From NCBI GenBank assembly GCA_001938485.1, contig MQRK01206548.1, positions 26,613-90,612 on the forward strand: 64,000 nt of DNA, given 5' to 3'. The notes below the pieces were generated by a model that saw nothing but the letters and a program-made list of their open reading frames with translations, had not been told where the DNA came from and did not search any database. Numbering within the stretch: the first letter of the stretch is position 1; every line of letters begins with the position of its first letter. Of the stretch, positions 51,439-64,000 are shown piece after piece. This DNA comes from Girardia tigrina. Its lineage: Eukaryota. Made by a program: the position numbers and the translations under genes.

Positions 51439-52687
51439 TTAGGTTGGTCGAAAAATAATGGCGGTTTTTGGACACAAACTTCAAAGACGTGCAAATTCAC
51501 AGAAACAAATGTTTACTAATCAGAGTATGAACCGTTGGCATCAATACATTTTTGCCAACGAGAAACAAGTTGTTTTATTCCATCAGCATATAATGCATCG
51601 GTTCTCGAAGCGACGAATTCTTGGAAGGCATTTTGAGCATCATTTTGGTTTTTGAAAACTTTTTTTCACGTAGGAAGATGTACAAATGCCTGAAAAAGCT
51701 GAAGTCCGTTGGCGAGAGGTCTGGTGAATATGGTGGATGAGCCAGGGTTTCATAGCCCAACTCATTAAGCTTTTGGAGAGTCACTTTTGAAATATGAGGT
51801 CTAGCGTTATCATGAAGAGGGATGGGGCTTTTTCGATTGACCAATCCCGGACAAAGGGTTTTCAATTTCTTATGCATTTCATCAATTTCATGACAGTATC
51901 TCTCCGCTGTGATTGTTTCACCTGGATTCAAGAAACTATAGTGGATGATTCCAGCATCACACTACCAAACTATCACCTTAACCTTACGGGGTGTTAGTTT
52001 CAGTTTTGGAAAGTGTTTCGGTACTTCATCTTTGTCCAACCACTGTGCAGATCGACGTCGGTTATCATACAGGATCTATTACTCATCACAGGTAACAATA
52101 CGATCAAGAAATGGATCGTTTTTATTGCGAAGATGATTGGCAGAACAAATTTCATAGCGTCGGTTCTTTTGATTTTCATTCAAATCATGTGGACTGTTGA
52201 TCCAGGACTGTTGAATGACTAATGCTCAACCCATCTGCAAGTTCTCTGATTGTTGTACGGGGATCTGTTTCCACCATTGTCCTTAAATTGTCGTTGTTCA
52301 CAGCAACTGGACGACCACGACCTTCTTCATCTTCATGGTTTTCATCTCCATCAGAAAATTTTCGGAACCATCGTTGCACTGTGCGCTCAGAAGATGTTCC
52401 CTTGCCAAACGATTTATTGATATTGCGAGCCGTTTCTTCTACTTTACGACCCAGTTTAAATTCATACAAGAAAATTGCTCGAATTTTAATTTTTTCCATT
52501 ATTAATTTAACACCGTAAATATTCTAAAAAATAACAGCAATATTTTAATAATGGCTATAGGAATACACAGCTAGGCATAAGATTTCAAATAATATCTAAC
52601 ACTAATGCATTTAAACTTATATACATATCAAAGTAGATAAACAAAGTATCAAGCTCAAAAACCGCCATTATTTTTCGACCAACCTAA
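51439..52687 (-). mobile_element. Mariner (cecropia/Hsmar1-like), defective
   Basis: Perfect TIR TTAGGTTGGTCGAAAAATAATGGCGGTTTTTG. Transposase MEKIKIRAIFLYEFKLG..GRP, HDNARPH, HPPYSPDLSPTD. Confidence 0.96.
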
Positions 52688-53057
52688 TACTTCAAAAAAT
52701 ATGTATTGAAACGCTGAATAAATACATGAATTTATATAATGTTATTTTTACTTACGAGTAAAGGAATTTGAATTTGAGTCGAATTTTCAAATTAAATTCA
52801 TTTCATTTTTATTTTTTTATAAATTTTAAATATAATTAAAATTCATTTTGGGGCGTTGCAAATGGTTGCGCTACTGATAAATAATAAAATTCAGTGTAAA
52901 ATTCAAGTGGATTCTCTATTTGTTGAGATATTCATGTCCGAAATCCATGTAAGTTGTGTAGGTTAAGAAGGTCGATATTGTTTGTATACATAGTAATCTT
53001 ATTACAATTGGAAACTGAAATATGATTTTTATTGAATAATTTCAGAAACCTTTTCAG

Positions 53058-53654
53058 TAAGGTGACCAACGTCCCGCGTTTTCACAAGTTTTCCCGCGTC
53101 CCGTGACTTTTTTCAAAAGTCTTGACTTTTAGAATTAAGATAAATAATTGTTTTTATGTTTATTATATTTATGAAAATAATTGTTTTGCGTTCTAAGAAT
53201 CCTACGGGATACGACGACTAACATATTGTTTTTGCTACCCAGTTACACTCTATTTGTCTCTCAGATAATACACTTCGTGTTCGTAATGCGTGTTCGCAAG
53301 CTAATTAAACAAATTAATATTATAAATCTGCTACTTACCATAGAAAATTAAGGTAAGTAATTTATTTATATATTTCATAAATACATAAATTTTCTCAAAC
53401 GCAGCTTAAAATACTCGTAATCTTCATATTTTATATCGATGACAAAAAGTATATCACCGACCTTAACCTTAAAAGAAATTTTAGAAAGAAATATACGAAA
53501 AAATTTTGCAAATATTTTAAGTCAATCAAACTAATTTCGTTATAAACAATAATAAAATATGTTCGTGTAATTTATCTTTAGTGTAAGGTGTCCAGACAGT
53601 ACCGATTTTTCCCAATTTGTCCCACTTTGTCAATCTAAAGGTCTGGTCACCTTA
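53058..53654. mobile_element. hAT-family MITE
   Basis: TIR TAAGGTGACCA / TGGTCACCTTA. Imperfect 8-bp TSD CTTTTCAG/CTTTTAAT. Subterminal GTCCC repeats. Confidence 0.8.
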
Positions 53655-54984
53655 CTTTTAATAAAACTCGAGTCTTCTCTGTAAATGCACATTTTTATTT
53701 TTCTTTTATGTAAACATTTTTATTGTTTTTGTATATGTATGACAACTTTTGTTCTTATATATCTACATATGTTTTTTGTTGTGATATGTTTTATTTTTCG
53801 ATATGGATGTAAATTATTATTATTTATTTTATTTTTATTTTTTATAAAAATTGTTTTCTTTAGAAATTATTTTTGTAGAATTTGTAAAATGACTCTCCTG
53901 AAATTAAATTATTTTGAAGAGAAACAAAAAAAAATCAATACAAGAATTGAATTAAATACTACCATTAACAACGATAGAAATTGGTTGCAGAATTATTACT
54001 CGAATCAAATTAATCAACAGTGGCCTGTATCTATTTACTGTCAGTCAAATTAAGAACCATATTCAATCAAGATCAACAGGGGCCTATTAAATTATTAACA
54101 TTACAAAAGACTAAACAAGGACGAACATTTATTTTTTTTGGATCTACAGTTATTGTTATCGTTGACGCGGAAATACTTGATTCGTATTTTTTGTAACGTA
54201 AAGCAGTTTGTTGTTGTTGATCAATTACATATTTTTTAAAGCATCTATTAATTCGTTTCGTTTTCTTTTTGTAGGATTGTCAAGTTCATTTAACGAGATA
54301 GTTAAATTAACTTCGCAATACCATAAAATATATAAAGGATAATTCATCTGTCCTTATAGTTAACCAAATAGTGAATTATTCTTGTTTGTACAAAATTTTG
54401 TTTTATTTTAGTTTGAATTTTATTATTATTATACAATTTTGTATTATTTTTTATCATATTGAGAAATATTAATAAGTAGTCGATTATCTTTTATTATTTT
54501 TGATTTATTAAAGAATATGTAAACATACCTATTATTCCTATGAAGTTGGTTCTACCTGGCCTCTCAGTTCAGTGTCGCGTAACGGCACGAATGCAATACG
54601 ATGCGTATAATAGGCTTAAATGTTATTGGAAAATCCAATTGGAATTAAAATAATAAGTAACGATTCATCAAATAAATGTATTTATTTTAGTGTAATTTAT
54701 AGCACCTCATTGCAAAGAAGAAAATGTTAGAATTAATTTAGGTTTGCTCTAATTTGCTCGTCTTGACACAATATCTCAAGGTCTAATGGTAGACATTTAT
54801 ATATTTTGTAAAGATAGGTACTAGAGACGCAAATAATCTATTTCAGTACAACAATTTTTGTTATAACGATTTTGTTTTCCTTAGAGAGGCAATATTAAAA
54901 AGGTTGTTTATAAAGAAAGAATGCAATCCTTGTTTTAAGAACTTGTATATGTTGGTTATACAGGAAAGTTTTCTGAAGACAAAA

Positions 54985-55240
54985 TTTCAAACTTTTAAAG
55001 TTTCGGAATTTGCTGAAAAGTTATGAATTTCTGCTGGCTCATGTCATAACATCACTTACAACTTAGTTTATCGAAAGTTTTGCACTAGTTCGGAACTCTT
55101 TGACAGTTATGGTAATCAGATTATTTTGAACAATTTACTCAGGAGGAATCTTCTCTGACCTTTGCTGTTTAGTAGAGGGCAAAGCGTGATTCAAATAAGA
55201 GGTAAAAGATTGGTTAAAAACCTTTTTTAAATTTGAAATC
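54985..55240 (+). mobile_element. Highly degenerate mariner relic
   Basis: VSEFAEKL.ISAGSCHNI...YRKFC and EVKDWL. Confidence 0.5.
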
Positions 55241-57429
55241 CGGACTCTTGTATCGTAGTTTTTGATGCTGTCTGTTTGCATAAATCAAAAAAAACTGTTT
55301 TTCATATCGATTATACACTAGAATCTTCTATAATCATTCCAATTGCTGCAGCAATGTTAAAAGAAAACAGGTAAAAATAAAGAAGAGAAAAAAACTCGCC
55401 AATTGGGTTGCATGAGCACTCATCTATCTAAGTCTGTAGCTTACCTTTGACCATCTACCTTACAGTCTCAATCTTGAGTCTTCACACATTTTAAGTACCG
55501 GCAAAATACCATGTGTAAGATTCATTTTTATCATTCTTATGACGTCCAAATATGAAAGGTTTAAGAATATATTAAGAATGTACTTAATTATTTGGAACAC
55601 ATTGGGTTTATTTAATTAAAGATGTAACATTAAGTTTAACCCCTAACCCTTCAGTGTATCTACTTTTGCATTAGATTTAGATTCAGATTTATTATGCGTC
55701 AAGTGTCACGAAATATTTTCGATCACAATAAAAATGTTATTTAAAGATATTTGAAGTCTAAATACATCAAAAATAATACTCAAAAGTATTCCTCGTTAAA
55801 CGTTTATTAAAACTTATCAATTTTGTGAATTTTTACATTGTTAGTGGATGTCTATCAAAGGACTTGAAGAGGAAGTGAAGGATGTGGACAGTGGGTCATC
55901 GGAAACAAATGGATACACAAACTTCTGCTTTATTCTTACATTTTTAATACTTAAATTAAGAGACCTAAGCTGAAGTTTTATGTTGCTTTTTTTGTTTTCT
56001 TTTAAGTTCTTAAGTATTGAGTTCTGAGTAGTTTTAGAAGACCTTTTATCTGTTGTGCCTCAATAATTCATTAATTGTATATTTGAAAACCATTTCGTAA
56101 GTATAAATGATATAGAAAGGAGAAACTTTGAAAGACCAAAACCACTTCCAGACTTTTGCAAGTTTTTCTTTCAATTACGTTTTTTTCAGATTCAAAATTT
56201 ATATTAAAACTATGCCGCCCGTTAACTCCACAAAAGGTGTCCTATGACAATAATCGGTACTCAGAAAAATAATTTATTATTTATGAATAAAATATCTTAT
56301 ATTTATTTACATTTACAACGTTTCATTATCTCTCGAAAATTATGTAAACGAGTTCTACCGGCGCCAAGTAAAAGAATTCTGATTACGCACGCGAACGTCA
56401 GTGTTAATAGGAATAGAGAGCGTGAGTCGCGGGTGCAATTAGGCGATCCGTATAAAAACTAATCTTAGTTCTACGTACGCAAATTTTAAATATGTTGTAT
56501 CATATTTTAATGTCATAAAAGATTATTTTGTAGATTCAAGTCTTTTGTGTTTTTTCGAGGTACAAAATTACATTCTCGAGTAATTTTAATCGCTCCTTCA
56601 GACTCCATCATTTTCCTAACACCAAAATTATATACCCTGACCTCTTTCATTCACCGACACCTTTCAATATACTGAAAATGGAAACAAGTATTTTCCAACT
56701 TTATAAAATTGTCAACAAATAATAAGATACAATTCACGAATTAAACACCACCAAGTTGTATTGTAAAGTAGAAACGAATTACAATCTTCTTAAAAGAATA
56801 TCTCAATTCTTCAGATTTCGATAATCATAGAGCTGCCTGTTTTGTATTGATGTCGTCTATTACTAAACATCTCGCGCACCGACTGACGAATCTTGCATAG
56901 TTACCAACGTGAATTTATCAACATCCGGTCGGTAAAGCGGATTTTGCCTAAAGTGTGCCGAATACGAATTGTAGAATTTTAGATATAATCATAATAATAG
57001 CTAACATCATTAGGTAGTATAGGTTGAAATACAAATTTATCATAATTAATATAACTATTATTGTTATCTCTGCATCCGCGTCACCGTAATAATCTAATCT
57101 CACGTCACTGGCAAAAATCAGTCGAAAAACCGGAATAACCGAATCCACATCCGCGAATACGGGATATGGAGAGTAAGTAGGATGCATCAATTGTTATCGT
57201 TTTTCATTTTATTCACAAAATACAATTTCTGATTTGAAAAACCATTTACGTTTTTTTTCTCTCTCGAAAGGATAAATATTTAAAAGCATCGAAAACCGGT
57301 AAGAATTATATTCTGATAAATTTTTCATTTCAGAATTTCTGTTTGAAAGACCACCTTCGAAAGGTCATAGGGTTTTGGGTTTTTGTTGGTGGAGATTCTC
57401 TTTCCGATTTATTTTCCTTTTTTATTATT

Positions 57430-57898
57430 ATTATTTTTTTCTAATTTCTTTCTTTTCTTGGCTTGTAAAAAAAATTAAAGAAAGAAATGTATTTGGTTTT
57501 TCATTATTTATATTTATATATTTTTTTAAAAAAAACATTATATTTTAAAAAATTAAAATAAATAAATTATATGAATATTATATACATATAAGTTGTATAA
57601 AAATGATTATTTATTATAATTGTTTATTAATAATATTTTCATTAAAAATAAATAAATAATATGGTTAGATACATTAGTTCTATAATACATGTTTATAATA
57701 TATTATTATAATTTCTTATTATTATAAATATGTTATTATCTCTATTTCTGGATAAATTAATTTAATTATAAAATAATTTAAAATTTTAATTTTTTTCTTT
57801 TCTTTTGAAAAGAAAGTGTAGAAAGAAATGTATTTGGTTTTATATATANNNNNNNNNNNNNNNNNNNNNNNNNNNNNNNNNNNNNNNNNNNNNNNNNN

Positions 57899-57939
<41 letters not shown>

Positions 57940-58350
57940 TTTTAATAAAATTATATTTTTATTAAAAATAAATAATATTATATAATTAAATACATTAATT
58001 CTAAAATAAAGACTTTTTTATTATAATTTATTATTAAAACTATTATTATAAATATATCTATTTCAGAATATATTAATTTAATTAAAAACTAATTTAAAAT
58101 TTTTGTTTTTTTCTTTTCTTTTGAAAAAAAAGTGTTGAAGGAAATTTATTTTGTTTTTCATTTTATATATTAAATAATTATTTTTAATAAAATTATATTT
58201 TTATTAAAAATCAATAAATAATATTATTAGATACTTTAGTTCTATAATAGCGATTTTTTTATTATTATATATTATTAAAAATATTATTATAATGTATTAT
58301 TATTATTATAAATATGTTATTATCTCTATTTCTGGATAAATTAATTTAAT
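57430..58350. repeat. Degenerate AT-rich tandem repeat (~320-340 bp unit, about 3 copies)
   Basis: Recurring AAAGAAATGTATTTGGTTT, TAGATAC.TTAGTTCTATAATA and TTATCTCTATTTCTGGATAAATTAATTT. Confidence 0.7.
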
Positions 58351-58867
58351 AATGATTTTTTTTACATTTCCATAAAAAATAATCACCAAAATTAACTACA
58401 AATGTTTTCCATTTCGTCTGTCTCCATCCAAGATAGACCCGGTTACGTCACAAAACATAATATTACCAAATTCGAGTACCCATCGAAATTCCAAACGAAA
58501 TAGTTCTTATTTTTTTCGCATCCAACTTGAATGTCTTTATCAAACAATAATTTTCGAATCATTATCGTTCAGTTATTTTTATTTTCATTTATCTCTATTT
58601 TTATTTCACTACTTGGCACGTGTATATTTCAACGATTACAACACAACAACAATCTATTATTATTCTTTTATCTTGTTTTTTTTACCAAAAAAGAACTGTT
58701 GCATAATCCGGTACACGGTTACGAAACTTGCCGGTTGTTGATGGGTTTTTCTATCATTAATTTCATTGGATGAAAATTTACGCTTTTCAAACTCTCGGCC
58801 AATGACAACCGAGCTGAAAGTTTGTATCAAACTTGATTTTATTTGAAAAAAATTCATTTCCTGATTA

Positions 58868-61332
58868 ATGATTAACTTTGAAAAACGTCATTTTCCGACA
58901 CCGGAACTTGGTTCCGGAAATAGAGATTATTTCACGAGATGTGAGCTCAGTCCGTTGAGTGTTGGTAGTTTATGTCTTGACAGAAGCTACATTGATTCAG
59001 AGAGCAATAGTCCAGAATTTAATCACATCGGAACTGATATCCCAACCCTTTTGAGCAAAGAGAGTGGTAGCAGTCTATGTATTGACAGAAGCTACATTGA
59101 TTCAGAGAGCAACAGCCCAGACTTTAACCCAACGGGAAATGATATTCCAACATTACAAACATTGAATCCGTTTGGTTTACCTCAATTCGAACAATCTCAT
59201 CTCGATGTCTATTCACAAAATCTACCAGGCGAATTTTCCATTCCGTATCAAAGCAACAACAACGCCTACATTCTTCAATCACATTTCCCGAAGGTGGAGG
59301 ACGAAAAGACGGTTTTTATGCAAGGTAAAGAACTCTATATTTATTATTTATATTTTATATTTACTTTTAATTTCTGAAAAAAAATACAAAATAATATTTA
59401 AAATATATTTAGAACAAGTTCATATATAATACCTGAAAAACGTTAGTAGGACCTTGGACGATAAGGTAACCTTGTCCATACGATATGGTAAATAAGGTCG
59501 TGAAGAAAATCTAATAATAAATTAAAAACGTTTTTGATATTTAAAATAATAATATTATTAAAAAAATATTATTGGTATAAAATAAATTTTGGTGGTACAC
59601 CACACTTTCAACATCACACTCTCCATATCACTAAATAAATATAAACAAGAAAAAAATAAAAAGAAATTAAACAGGAAATTCCGATAAAAATAATTAATTT
59701 ATCGAGTAAAATAATTTTATTAACTTTTGACATATCGAAATTTCCATCCATCGGGTTTTTGTACTATATTTACGTTCGTATTCGTAAACTGGCAGCTGGT
59801 GTACAGCGACCTCTGGCTTTATCTGTCTAGACTAGGACGCAGCCAGCTAATGATCCCTGCCAGATGCGGGAAAGTATTAGTGTTATCTTAAACTGTTTAC
59901 CTTGTTTTCTTAATTAATTGAGTTGATAAAGCTTGTAAATGCACAATCCGTATTGGGTCAATATTATGCTACATTTCCTCATAATAGCTTTTTAATCCAG
60001 CTGCGACCTCACTTCGACAGATTGAACTTAAAACACGAAACATTTATTTACCGTTTTATTTTTCGTTTTATTAATTAATCGAATTTTCTCGATTTTTCTA
60101 ATATTTTTATTTATTTTTTCTTGAATTTTCTTTATATGGATCGACAACCTTCTGTAAACAAGAATGGTCGACTGGGTCCGATCCCGTTCTCCAGCTTCCA
60201 CAAGGACAACTTGTACGAGAAATTAATCGCGAAGACAATAGAAAACTTTTCGACTCGAATTTTATCATCCAACTTCATCAATGTAATCCCAATGGTTTGG
60301 AGTTATTTCCGTCAAGTAATTCCCTATCTTTTCCTGATCAAAATTGGCTTCCCAATGATCCGAACCCTTGTCCCGATTTTCCTAATATTAATAATAATAT
60401 TGAAAGTCAAGAACTGCCTGCATATTGTATTTCCTTTTAATTTTAAATTAATTTTAATAATTTCTTTCAGTTCCTCCGCAATTTCAAACCAGTTTCGATT
60501 CCTCAACTGAACCTACATATTTTACAGTTTTTCCTCATACATCTCCGAAATTCTGTATCGACTCGTATCCCAATCAAACAGCTGATTCCTATTCCCGTAT
60601 AGATTTCCAACACCCTTTCAACCAACAACCTCATTATATACTTTCCAATAATTTCTATGACTCAAGTTGGAATCGCTCCGACACTAACTACCCCCAACTC
60701 GACAGGTCTCAAGTGAGTCTTTCCAACTCGATTTATACAAAAAAAAATAAATTATTTATATTAGATCAACACGGATCAATTGAAAATAAAACCCAACGAA
60801 CTGAATCTGGCTTCGAGTAGTAAAGGTAACTCCAAATCCGATACCAATGAAACAAATGGATCGGGAAAGATCGACAATAATAAAGGTCCATTTTGATTAA
60901 TAAAATTTATTAATAATAATTAATTAACTATTAATTTTAGATCAACAAAATCGGGGGCCCATTCAACTCTGGCAGTTTTTATTGGGAGAATTATGTAATC
61001 CCTTGTCGGAACAGTTTATTTCCTGGACGGGAAATGGATATGAATTCAAGTTAAAAGAACCCGACGAGGTCGCCCGAAGATGGGGAATGAGGAAGAATAA
61101 ACCGAAGATGAACTATGAGAAACTGAGTCGCGGCTTGCGTTACTATTACGACAAGCATATAATCGAAAAAACTGCAGGAAAACGTTACGTTTATAAATTT
61201 ATCATGGATGTCTCCAATTATATTCGGCAGTCCAAATCGGATGTAAAGAAAAACGATTTGAAGTGTAATTCGAAAATCTCAATGGTGTCCGCCAAGTCCC
61301 TCTCACCGGAACTCAAGCCCAACCCTTCGTAA
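58868..61332 (+). CDS. ETS1: ETS-domain transcription factor, ETS1/ETS2/pointed class; exons 58868-59324, (60139 or 60163)-60426, 60471-60712, 60765-60885, 60941-61332
   Basis: [70 protein letters not shown]. All exons are open and phase-compatible, giving 403 aa without exon 2 and 491-499 aa with it. The start codon is uncertain and no PNT domain is visible. Confidence 0.92.
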
Positions 61333-61716
61333 ACGTATATAACTCAAGATTCAATGCACATTAAAAAAATATGTAACAATAATCATCAAAATAGATCGTT
61401 ACACCGAAAGACTCCGTTTATGTGATATATAATAATGGATAATTTTCAGTTTGGCAATTCTGTTTGCCAAACTTTTTCTACAAATAATAAATTTCATTGT
61501 TCTGTTGTATTGTGATTATTACTTTGTTTGATATTATCTTTTTCGTTGATTTTCTTTTGATTATCATTTGTAGGTAAGATAAGTTTGACTCGGCTTGAAA
61601 GAGCAACTTAAGGGCTGTGGATTTTGGTAGGTTCATCAACCCGTGTTGAGGTAGGTCATTTATGTCCAAGAACAGGAGTAATAAAAGGTTTATATATATA
61701 TATATATATATTAGTA

Positions 61717-61867
61717 CAGTATATATTGGTGCCGCAAAAAAACTTGCATATAGACGAACTTGAAAATAGGCAAATCTTTGTAGTAGGTATTGCCTATATG
61801 CAATTCGTCTATATGCTGAAGGACAAGTTGCATATATGCAATAATTGCATGTAGGCAATACCTACTG
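61717..61867. mobile_element. Small pogo/Tigger-type MITE
   Basis: AGTAGGTATTGCCTA at 61782 is inverted against TAGGCAATACCTACTG+TA at 61867. Confidence 0.6.
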
Positions 61868-62429
61868 TACATTAACATCGAATATACAGGTTTGGCTCAA
61901 AAGTTTCTGCCGAAATTTCAATAAGAAATGAATATCAACAAAGTATTTAATCATCAACGTCACATAAGTTTTCAAAATATGAAACTATACAAAAGAAAAA
62001 CTTTCCCCTTCATATCCTCCGTCTGATCCCACTGCCCGAGACTACCGCAGCCCGTGATCATCATATGGAACATAACTTTCAGGCCCCGATCTGTAGAGCC
62101 TGGTAATTGCGAGATTCCGTTTTCGCATTTTTTATCTCGTCAAAAAACCATAAACATTTATTCAATTTCAAAACTCAAAATTTTAGAGTCATCCCCGAAC
62201 GAATACTACAAAACTTCAAAAACTCTTTATATCTACTTGCATTATTTGAGTTCTTGTTTTACTTTTGCTCTAATACAGGGGCGTAGCCGGGGGGTCAGGG
62301 GGGCTACGCCCCCATATAAAAGATGTCAGCCCCCCTAAAATAATTCTTTTGAAATTTTTCACTTGAACTTTTTTAAAAAAAGCAATGAAAAACAGAATTC
62401 AATAATCTTTTCTAGATGGATCAAATGGT

Positions 62430-63267
62430 GGTCCCGAAATTCCGGGACAAAAAATTAAGTTTCGTTAATTTGGTTTTCACAAATTTTTTTTATGAAAAAT
62501 TACCTTTAAAAATTACTTTCTATTTTTAATTCTTACTAAGCTGCTAACTTATAAACAAAAAGGGTAGTAAATATATGTTGGTTATAAGCCTGTAGCGTAG
62601 TAAGATTTAAAACTAATTTTTCAATTACTGCACAATCCGCAAGCATGGTCAGCAAAAAACAAGATAATAAAAGATTTTTGCATAAAACTGCAGATGTGTC
62701 TTTTAACTATTGCAAGAAGAAAATTTTGAAATACAAAGTTTGGTAGTGAATGCTCACATTCCTCGGAATTTAAAAGAACGAAATGAGTCATCGCCATCGA
62801 ATGACAATCTTACAATGGAGTACCGAATACAATATGTTATTGCGACTGTCTTTTCAAATTCAATTACAATACTTACAATAGAGCCGGAATACTATTAAAG
62901 TTAATTAATATTGATGTCCAGTCAGACAAACGAGGGCCCCATTTAGAGAGTGTATATCAATATTTACTGACAATTCCTCTTACGTCTGTGGAATTGGAGA
63001 GAGTCTTCTCTTCCATTGGATACCAATGTAATAAGATCTCCTACAATTTGAATGATAACACTCTTGAAAAATTATCTTTTCTACGTTTAAATCTTTCGCG
63101 ATTATGATTCTTGTGTCACAAATAAATGTTATTAATTCGATTTATTACTTAATCATGAATTTATTATGTTTCGATTAAAATAAAAATAAACTTATCAAAA
63201 TATAATATGAATCTCGGATATCCCGGGATCCAGGGATTGTAAATATGCTCCAGGATTGGAACCCCTA
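62430..63267 (+). mobile_element. hAT transposon relic (dimerisation domain and right end); another hAT end CAGGGGCGTAGCC at 62277
   Basis: LLTIPLTSVELERVFSSIG..LNDNTLEKLSFLR, TCCCGGGAT subterminal motifs, and a terminus ending AACCCCTA. Confidence 0.8.
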
Positions 63268-64000
63268 GTTTCAGTACCCTAACCCTAACCCTAAATTTAT
63301 TTGTGATGTTTTGTCCGGTCACCATTATATAGTACCAGAATGATTGGTACTGAGATCAAGAATATAACTTCATCAAACGAATTTAAGAATATAATCGAAA
63401 GAACAGTGATAAAATTATTGCTAAATGTAGACTGGGTTAGATAACAAAGCTGATAAAAGTCATTTTAAAATTTTGTGTCCACAATTTAATATTTATGTGG
63501 TCAAAGTAATGTACGAATTCGATCTTAGAATTGATGTATAAACATCATCTTTTTTAACTTTACCGAAAGCATTTTTATTGACTTGGTTATAATATAATGA
63601 TTACATGGTAAATAAATTCTGATTTATCATGGTTGGTTTTGTCCATTTAAATTGATTTTAGAAAATATTCTTATTGACATTATTTATATTTTATAAACTT
63701 TATCTGATATTACTGTATGCAAAGGAAGTTCTATACCCTTTCAAATACATTTTGTGTAAGCGTAAATATCAACAAAATTATAACTACATGAAGAAAACGA
63801 CATTGTTCTAAACGTCTTTGAAAAAGATTGACAATTTTATAATGCTCGTCATTTGAAACTGTTGAAGAAAATTAATGTTTATATGCTTTTGGTATAAGCC
63901 CCAGACAACAGAATCTATCATCTATTGTAATTCAATGAGTTATCATGAAGTAAGTAAGAAAATCATTCTGAACACAAGTTAAAGGATGGCAGCAACAAAA

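Noticed and set aside
53685-54053. Hydrophobic 122-aa ORF
   Set aside because: F/I/L-rich translation of low-complexity AT DNA; the same holds for most 60-100 aa ORFs in the track.
58901-58920. CCGGAA ETS sites implying autoregulation
   Set aside because: Short motifs inside predicted coding sequence cannot be told from chance.
60121-60510. 129-aa ORF as an independent gene
   Set aside because: It runs through an intron-like AT tract and overlaps a better exon in another frame that joins the ETS domain.
63278-63295. Telomere (CCCTAA)3
   Set aside because: Only three units, internal, and adjacent to TE ends.

Overview
AT-rich animal genomic DNA with short 44-55 bp introns and three N gaps. 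One gene looks intact: an ETS1/ETS2/pointed-class transcription factor (+ strand, about 58868-61332, 4-5 exons). The first ~56 kb is a dense field of decayed transposons: Tc1, several mariners, pogo/Tigger, Merlin, MULE, hAT, a TAA-TSD MITE, a DINE/HINE-like element, Ty3/gypsy fragments, Penelope GIY-YIG fragments (one with a minimal hammerhead ribozyme), an RTE LINE and a 5S-rRNA-derived SINE that shares the RTE 3' tail. Mixed in are decayed copies of unrelated housekeeping genes: PABPC, PARP1, DHRS4, LSM3, C18orf32-like and a PKA-like kinase. The LSM3 copy sits in a TSD-flanked TG...CA composite insertion with no TIRs, which suggests host DNA fragments are being mobilised. Other oddities are a perfect 342-bp spacerless palindrome, a mariner flanked by a ~193-bp direct duplication, a 21-bp-phased RFX X-box array, and a family of at least 8 TGTGAG-terminated repeats. 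All homology calls come from motif recognition by eye; no database search was run.
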